From: Armatimonadota bacterium
GTDB taxonomy: Bacteria; Armatimonadota; Zipacnadia; Zipacnadales; UBA5352
Direction: 5' to 3'
Assembly: GCA_034722055.1 (NCBI GenBank)
Contig: JAYENL010000316.1
Location: 1 to 55,018, forward strand
Length of the DNA stretch: 55,018 bases
The translations under genes and the position numbers were made by a program. This document shows positions 49,044 through 55,018 of this stretch, one piece after another. How positions within the stretch are numbered: the stretch's first letter is position 1; each line of letters starts with the position of its first letter. The notes below the pieces were generated by a model, which saw nothing but the letters and a program-made list of their open reading frames with translations, was not told the origin of the DNA and did no database searches.

Positions 49044-50009
49044 ATGAGTCCCGCAGTCATGGCCGCATTGGGAGGGGCCCTGGTATTCACCGTGATGTAC
49101 GTCTTGCTGCTGGTGCTTGCCCGCGAGTCCCGCACGGCCGAGCGCCTTGTGAGGACTGCTGGCTGGGGAGAGGGGGCGACCGAGTCGCCGATGCAGGGCG
49201 TGGTGCACGGCCGCGGCCGTTCCGACCCGATGCCTGCTCTCTCAGAGACGTTGGAGGGGACTCAGTTCTGGGAGGATCTGCAGCTTCACGTGCTGCGCGC
49301 CGGCCTTCTGCTGCGTCCTTCGGAGGCGCTGATCATCGCCGCAACCTGCACCATAGTCGGCTTCGTCGCGGGCTGGCTGCTCAGTGGGCAGGTCATGATG
49401 GGCGTCCTCGGTTCGGCGATCGGACTCGGCGCGCCGTACTGTTACCTGGCCCAGCAGGCCAGGAAGCGCCAGACGGAGCTCACCAACCAACTCCCGAACG
49501 TGCTTGACATGTTGAGTTCTGCCCTCCGCTCCGGACATGCTCTCACCCGCGGGTTCCGCATCATCTCGACGCAGACACGCCCCCCCATAGCCGAGGAGTT
49601 CGCGCAAGTGCTGCAGGACATCCAGGTGGGGATCTCGGTATCCGACGCCCTGGACGCGCTCCTTTCTCGCACGGACTCTTACGACCTCGAATTGGTTGTG
49701 ACTGCGATGCAGACGCAGTTGAAGCTGGGGGGCGACCTCTCAGAGGTCCTGGATAACATCGCCGAGGTGATCCGGGAGCGGGTGCGGTTGCAGGGCGAGA
49801 TCGACGCGGCAACGAGTGAAGGCCGCTTGTCGGCCACGATCCTGGTGGCGATGCCAATCGTCATGGTCGTCATCATCCAGATGATTAACCCCGGCTATCT
49901 GACCCCGCTCTTCCAGGAGCCAGCGGGAATCGTCATGCTGTTGGGCGCTGGCCTGCTGACGGTGGCCGGCATCATTATCATCAGGGGACTGCTTGAAATC
50001 GATTTCTAG
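49044..50009 (+). CDS. tadB: Tad membrane platform protein TadB (T2SSF family)
   Basis: QLP..LD.L...LRSGH, PIAEEF, GGDLSEVL......IRER, EGRLSA.IL. Confidence 0.92.
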   Translation: MSPAVMAALGGALVFTVMYVLLLVLARESRTAERLVRTAGWGEGATESPMQGVVHGRGRSDPMPALSETLEGTQFWEDLQLHVLRAGLLLRPSEALIIAATCTIVGFVAGWLLSGQVMMGVLGSAIGLGAPYCYLAQQARKRQTELTNQLPNVLDMLSSALRSGHALTRGFRIISTQTRPPIAEEFAQVLQDIQVGISVSDALDALLSRTDSYDLELVVTAMQTQLKLGGDLSEVLDNIAEVIRERVRLQGEIDAATSEGRLSATILVAMPIVMVVIIQMINPGYLTPLFQEPAGIVMLLGAGLLTVAGIIIIRGLLEIDF

Positions 50010-50064
50010 CGAGCCATTACGCCTGCGGGCCAAGTTGGGCACGATGGCGAAAGGAGCGACCCTC

Positions 50065-51000
50065 ATGAGCCTCGTCCTGCTGTTCATAGCCGCACTGGTC
50101 TTCGCGGACGTATTGCTCATCCTGCTGACACTGATGTCTGAAGAGGGTCGGGCGCGGGTAGAAAGACGCATTCACGACTTGCGTCCAGAGCGGAAGCGTT
50201 CACCACTGGCCGAGAAGCTGTCACTGCCCTTCTACGAGCGAGCGGTGCTGCCGGCCATCGAGAAAGTGGTCAAGGCAGTAGGGGGTCTCGCTCCGACGGC
50301 GATGCTGGCGCAGACCCGGGCGGGGCTGGAGAAAGCCGGCAATCCGCTGGGCCTCAGTGCCCACTCCTTCATCACCGTCCGTGTGTTCTCTGCCATAGGT
50401 GGACTCGCAGCAGCCTACTGGATCTCGGCAAGCCCGACGATAGGTGACAACGTCCGGCTGCCACGCATACTGGTTGTGGTGACCGTTGGACTGCTGGCCC
50501 CCGTCTATGTTCTGCAGAAGAGCATCGACCGGCGGCACGCCGAGATCCGGAAGGCCCTGCCCGACATAATCGACCTGCTTGTGGTCTCCGTTGAGGCTGG
50601 GTCGGGCCTCGACGGCGCACTTCTCGAGGTGGTCAGCCGCAAGGAAGGGCCGCTTCCTGATGAGTTCGAGCGCTTGCTTCGCGAGATCAGGGTCGGGAAG
50701 ACCAGGAGACGCGCCTGGCAGGACATGGCAAAGCGTATTGATGAGGAGAATCTCAGTGCGCTGGTGACCGCGCTCATCCAAGCCGAGGAGGTCGGGGTGA
50801 GTATAGGGAAAGCACTGCGCGCACAGGCTGACTCGGTTCGCGTTCGCCGCAGCCTGCAGATAAGGGAACTGGCCGCGACACTCCCGGTGAAGATGATCTT
50901 CCCCCTGGTCTTCTGCATCTTCCCGGCCCTCTTCGTGATCTTGCTGGGTCCTGGCCTGCTGTCCCTTACGGACATCCTGGGCGTCCTGAGCGGCCGGTAG
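50065..51000 (+). CDS. tadC: Tad membrane platform protein TadC (T2SSF family)
   Basis: LPD.IDLL.VSVEAG.GLD.AL, G.SI...LR.QA..R, KM.FPLV.CIFPAL..I.LGP; ATG at 50065 after AAGGAG. Confidence 0.92.
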   Translation: MSLVLLFIAALVFADVLLILLTLMSEEGRARVERRIHDLRPERKRSPLAEKLSLPFYERAVLPAIEKVVKAVGGLAPTAMLAQTRAGLEKAGNPLGLSAHSFITVRVFSAIGGLAAAYWISASPTIGDNVRLPRILVVVTVGLLAPVYVLQKSIDRRHAEIRKALPDIIDLLVVSVEAGSGLDGALLEVVSRKEGPLPDEFERLLREIRVGKTRRRAWQDMAKRIDEENLSALVTALIQAEEVGVSIGKALRAQADSVRVRRSLQIRELAATLPVKMIFPLVFCIFPALFVILLGPGLLSLTDILGVLSGR

Positions 51001-51541
51001 GCGCCGGGCGCTTGGTTGCGTTGAAGATCCGCGGCGTGCCCGCTGGAGGGGCTGCCGGGCACGCAGCGCCCGGTGAGGCCTGTGAGCGTAAGCGAACAGG
51101 CCCACGGGTCCACCTCAGATCCAAAGCATCTCCGCTCGGCACGTAGCTCTACCGAGGGCCTAAACGCCGCGCAGGGGGGGGCCCCTGTGCCACTTAGCGG
51201 GTGGGCCGGGTGGAACCTGCCGTCTGCGTATTGGCGTCACATAGGATCGCGCCCGGAACAACCTCCGGCATCGCATCCCACGCAGCATCGGCCGGCGTCC
51301 GCCTGGCGGAGGTCCGCACCAGGTCAACGACGGCATGTGGCATCGCGACCGCATAGGCCTCGTGCCTGCTGATGGAGGCGGTTTCCCCCATCATCGAGTG
51401 CCTGGACCACGAGCTGCTCCGGCGCGTTGGTGGCCGACCCCACGTCATGGATAGGGTGGTCGGCTGGCGGGGATTCTGGGAGACCAAACACCGTCGCTGG
51501 CTTCGAGGTCACGTGGGGGTCTATGCTGTCTATTCCGCCTG

Positions 51542-54500
51542 TCAGTAGCCCGCGAGCCTCCACGGCCTGCTGCACAGCGTCTCCAGGTGCCGGCGCCACG
51601 CCCGCCGCTGCTCGGGCAAGCACGCAAGCGCCACAAGCGTCGCCTGGTCCCGCGTCACCACCATGCGGCCATCCTCGACGACCTCCGGCTCGCTGTCCAG
51701 GGCCACCCACCTGCCGTCAGCCCACTCTCCCCACTCCGCCTGAAGGCCCTCGCGCAGGTCCAGCCGCCCCCGATACGCCGAGAATGGACAGAGCATCACC
51801 GCCTGCGAGGTGCGGAGGTCCTCGCCATCCAGGCTGAGCAGCCCCACAGTGCCCTGACCACCGATGAGCGTCATTGCATCGACGCCCAGCGGCGCATCAG
51901 CCAGGACCATCAGGAGGCGGCCGTCATCGCTGACGGCCGCCACCGCTGGCCAGCCAGGATGCAGACGCAGGTGCAGCGCGCCCGCCGGCGTCTGCAGGGC
52001 CACGTCGCGTGGCTCGCCTCCCGGGATCGTGTTGTACAGCACCCACACAGACCCAGACGCTGTCGATTGGCGCATCACATGCACGTGGCGGTCATCAGGG
52101 GTGAGGGGGAGCCTCTGCGGTGGCTCGGGCAGCGAGTTGAACATGAACTCGTACGTCTGCGCCAGGTCGAGCATGTCGCCCTCGTAGGCAAGCTCCATGG
52201 GATCGCTCATCCACACCATAGTACCGCTCCCCATATGCCGTCGCACAATGAGCGGCGTCCCGTCGTCCGCGGCGAGCAGCACCTGAGTGTCCTCGGGCGC
52301 CAGGCCGCTCACACGTACCTGCGGTCGCAGCGAGGTCGTATCCCCGTTCGGGAGGGTGGCTGCCACTGCTGCGCCGGCCTCCCGCTCCACCCCCTTGAAG
52401 GCCACCTTTCCCACCGTGCATCCCAGCAGATCGCGCATGCGCCGCTCTGCCACGAGGTCGCGGCTCCCCGACCAGCCGGGGCAGCCGGTGAGCACAAGCT
52501 GCCCGCCACCGCGCGCCCACGCCAGCAGCGCCTGGAAGTGCTCCTCATCCGCCGCGATGGCCGCAGGCCACACCACCGTGCTTGTGCTCTCGGGGAGCGC
52601 CTCGTCGGCATTGAGGACGTTGAAGCGCATGTGCAGGCGCAGCAGCGCCTGTGCCGCGCTGAAGAGAGCCTTCCGTCCCGCGGCCTCGTGGCTGCCAATC
52701 CGCAGGGCGTCGGAGGCCAGCACTGTCACTGCGGGCGGGTCGTACTCCGGGGCCAGCATCCGCCACATCATGCTCAGGTTCCGGTGGACGTAGGCCGCGT
52801 CCTTGGGCACGTTGCGCCCCGGATAGAGGATCCCCCAGGGGAAGACGCGCTCATCGGCGTCGCGGAGGCACCAGTTCTGTATCTTCGAGGCGCCTCTGCC
52901 CAGGGCATAGGCGGCCACGCTCATGAACAGTTGCTTGTGCTCCCGCTCGGTGCGCTGGATGTGGTAGCCGCTCGCGCCGTTGTCCACACTCCAGGCCGGA
53001 TGGGTCTTCACCCCGTACTCGCCCATGCTAACGCCCTTGCCCACCGCGCGCATGTCGTTGAAGGCCAGCCGCTCGGGCAGGATGCGCAGATCGTCGCCGG
53101 GCGTGCTGAAGAAGCCGAAGTTCGCGACATCCTGTCCGTCGATGGTCAGGCGCTGGTCGATGCCGCCGAAGGCCTGGGAGTAGTACTCGCTGGTGATGGG
53201 ATGGTGCGAGTCGCCGCGGCGGATCTGCGCCACGTGGTGGCGGTTCCACCGGCGCATCAGCCACAGGTTGAAGCGATAGCGGTCGATCTCCACGGGGTCG
53301 TCCCACGCAGATCTGCTGCGCGGCGGGAAGGGCAGCTCTCCGAACGGCAAGAGCTCGCGGTCGTCCCAGGCCTCCTGCAGAGCCCCGTGAGTGCCATACC
53401 GCTCCTCAAGCCACCCGTTCCAGGCCTCCGTGAGCCACTCGGTGTCCTCGTAGCGGAGGTGGTAGTCGCCATTGATATACCACAGCAGCCCCGGCACATC
53501 GCCCAGATGTTGGGTGTACTGGAAGCACTGCCGGCCCTGGGCCGCGAGCTCCTGGTCGTCCACCGCCACGTTGTGCCCGATCAGCAGGCCGGGCATGAAC
53601 ACCAGCCCCCTCTGCTGCAGAAGCTGAGCCATGCCCTCGAATGCCCGCCAGTCGCTCTCGGTCATCTCGTGGCCGGGGTGGCTGTACTGCAGGTTCTCGT
53701 AGACCTGCAGGCCGACGTCGCGCGCAATCGTGTGGATCTTGCTCCAGCGCAGCGGGTTGAGCGCGTGCGAGGTGTAGGTGTTGCTGTAGGTGTCCGAGCC
53801 GAACAGGAACATCGGCCGGTCGTTGAGGCGGAAGTAGTTGTCCCGGAAGGTCAGCCGAGGGCCACTTCCTGTGGCGGCCGAGGCGCGCACAACCACGCCG
53901 CCGCGGACGCTGTCGATGACCCCATCCTCCCCGAGAAGCTCCGCCGTCAGTAACAGCACGCCCGGCTGCACAGAAGGCATGACGACGCTGGCCTCCGCCG
54001 TCGGCGACTCGCCCGCCACCGTGACCGTCCTCGTAACAGCGGCGGGTCCGTCTCCGAGCGTGATTCGCACGCGCCCCTCGAAGTCGCCGGCGCGCGACGT
54101 GGAGACGCCGGCCCTCACCGGGACCGTCTCGCCGGGCCGGTAGCTGTCGTCTTCGGCCCACACCCGGCTCAGGAAGGCGCCGTCCAGGAGGAAGCGGGCA
54201 AGCCGCGCCAGGTCCCGGCCGCTGCCGGGCACCCCCGGCCCGAACAGCGGTGTGTTGCTCACGCCGAAGTAGGCCCAGGCCGATCCCTGATAGAAGCCCC
54301 CGTAGTGCAGCAGCATGGCCCCGGCCGCACCCCGCAGCCGCCCATATCGATCGCGGGCGTCCAGCAGTGGCTGCCACCGGGCATCAGCCCGGCCCACTAC
54401 CCCCGACGCCGCCCAGCCCTCGATCCGGCCCTCCACGTGGATCTCACGCACCAGGTTCTGGTCATCTGTGGGTGCGATGGAGACCGCGCGCTTGAGGGGG

Positions 54501-55018
54501 AAGTCGGCGTCGCACATTCCCATCTGGTGCGCCGAGGTCACCAGCCCGTCACGCGGCTCGCCGCTGCTGGTGTTCAGGGGGCGATATGCAAACTCGCTGA
54601 CATCGACGAGCTGGACGCGATCGAACCACGCCCGGCCATGGCACCGATAGAGCCCCAGCTTGATGAAGATGGCGTCCGCCCCGGGCTCCGCCCTGAAGTC
54701 CCAGCGCATCGCCTCCCAGTCGGTCGTGCCGGTCAGCGTCCCGACGTCCCTGTGGCTGATCAGCTCCTCCCCGCGGTACTGATAGACCGCCGCGTAGGCG
54801 TAGCCGTCACCGGCGACGCCCTCAGTGCGCATGCGGGCCGTGAACACGTAGTCGTGGCCGCGCCGGGCCGGCAGCCACGCATACCACCGCCGCTCACCGA
54901 CGCCCTCGGCCGGCCGCACCTCCACCATGGCCGCCCTGTCACCCTCGACGGCGTCAGGCACGATCCGACACTCCTCGCTGTCGCGATGCCAGCGGCCGTC
55001 CACCTCTTTCCCGCCGGT
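51542..55018 (-). CDS. Large carbohydrate-active protein (CBM-like domain, GH42/GH-A-like barrel, trimerisation-like domain); 5' end lies outside the window
   Basis: GTTDW...G.AWFD.V CBM-like motif; WL...YGT...L..AW; MGEYG; frame is open to the window edge. Confidence 0.75.
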   Translation of the reverse strand, partial: TGGKEVDGRWHRDSEECRIVPDAVEGDRAAMVEVRPAEGVGERRWYAWLPARRGHDYVFTARMRTEGVAGDGYAYAAVYQYRGEELISHRDVGTLTGTTDWEAMRWDFRAEPGADAIFIKLGLYRCHGRAWFDRVQLVDVSEFAYRPLNTSSGEPRDGLVTSAHQMGMCDADFPLKRAVSIAPTDDQNLVREIHVEGRIEGWAASGVVGRADARWQPLLDARDRYGRLRGAAGAMLLHYGGFYQGSAWAYFGVSNTPLFGPGVPGSGRDLARLARFLLDGAFLSRVWAEDDSYRPGETVPVRAGVSTSRAGDFEGRVRITLGDGPAAVTRTVTVAGESPTAEASVVMPSVQPGVLLLTAELLGEDGVIDSVRGGVVVRASAATGSGPRLTFRDNYFRLNDRPMFLFGSDTYSNTYTSHALNPLRWSKIHTIARDVGLQVYENLQYSHPGHEMTESDWRAFEGMAQLLQQRGLVFMPGLLIGHNVAVDDQELAAQGRQCFQYTQHLGDVPGLLWYINGDYHLRYEDTEWLTEAWNGWLEERYGTHGALQEAWDDRELLPFGELPFPPRSRSAWDDPVEIDRYRFNLWLMRRWNRHHVAQIRRGDSHHPITSEYYSQAFGGIDQRLTIDGQDVANFGFFSTPGDDLRILPERLAFNDMRAVGKGVSMGEYGVKTHPAWSVDNGASGYHIQRTEREHKQLFMSVAAYALGRGASKIQNWCLRDADERVFPWGILYPGRNVPKDAAYVHRNLSMMWRMLAPEYDPPAVTVLASDALRIGSHEAAGRKALFSAAQALLRLHMRFNVLNADEALPESTSTVVWPAAIAADEEHFQALLAWARGGGQLVLTGCPGWSGSRDLVAERRMRDLLGCTVGKVAFKGVEREAGAAVAATLPNGDTTSLRPQVRVSGLAPEDTQVLLAADDGTPLIVRRHMGSGTMVWMSDPMELAYEGDMLDLAQTYEFMFNSLPEPPQRLPLTPDDRHVHVMRQSTASGSVWVLYNTIPGGEPRDVALQTPAGALHLRLHPGWPAVAAVSDDGRLLMVLADAPLGVDAMTLIGGQGTVGLLSLDGEDLRTSQAVMLCPFSAYRGRLDLREGLQAEWGEWADGRWVALDSEPEVVEDGRMVVTRDQATLVALACLPEQRRAWRRHLETLCSRPWRLAGY

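Noticed and set aside
51001..51541. Possible gene remnant between tadC and the GH gene (similarly 39760-40130)
   Set aside because: Short ORFs without RBS or a recognisable motif; cannot be supported without a translated search

Overview
High-GC bacterial chromosomal window. The gene content (a DUF1559/H-X9-DG prepilin-like protein, FlgD-Ig and copper-amine-oxidase-N secreted proteins, an outer-membrane barrel, large glycoside hydrolases) suggests Armatimonadota or a similar diderm; this is inference only. From left to right it holds: (1) the 3' part of an rRNA operon, with an enlarged ~3.12 kb 23S (IVS-like hairpin at helix 45 plus other insertions and substitutions) and the 5S; (2) a long minus-strand run ftsE-ftsX-M23 peptidase-ctpA-LysM/G5-ispA-ispH-ptb-sugar isomerase-HAD-J-domain protein-hypotheticals; (3) a prepilin-like gene, a C45 hydrolase, purA, five tRNAs, galU, a PRC-barrel gene and murB; (4) several large secreted or carbohydrate-active genes, a soluble Ser/Thr kinase-PQQ-propeller fusion, hsp20 and a creatininase-family gene; (5) an internally deleted IS1380 remnant next to a decaying Tad pilus locus (amber stop in tadE, frameshift in cpaB, large deletion fusing cpaB to the 3' tip of cpaF); (6) a truncated large GH42-like gene at the right edge. 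The least explained signal is non-coding: a ~150-nt dispersed structured element with compensatory base changes (3 copies, always sense and at gene 3' ends), a second tandem-GA hairpin motif (3 copies), and mosaics of several REP-like hairpin families, one of them interrupted by a nested double hairpin. No CRISPR array, integrase or intact transposase was found.
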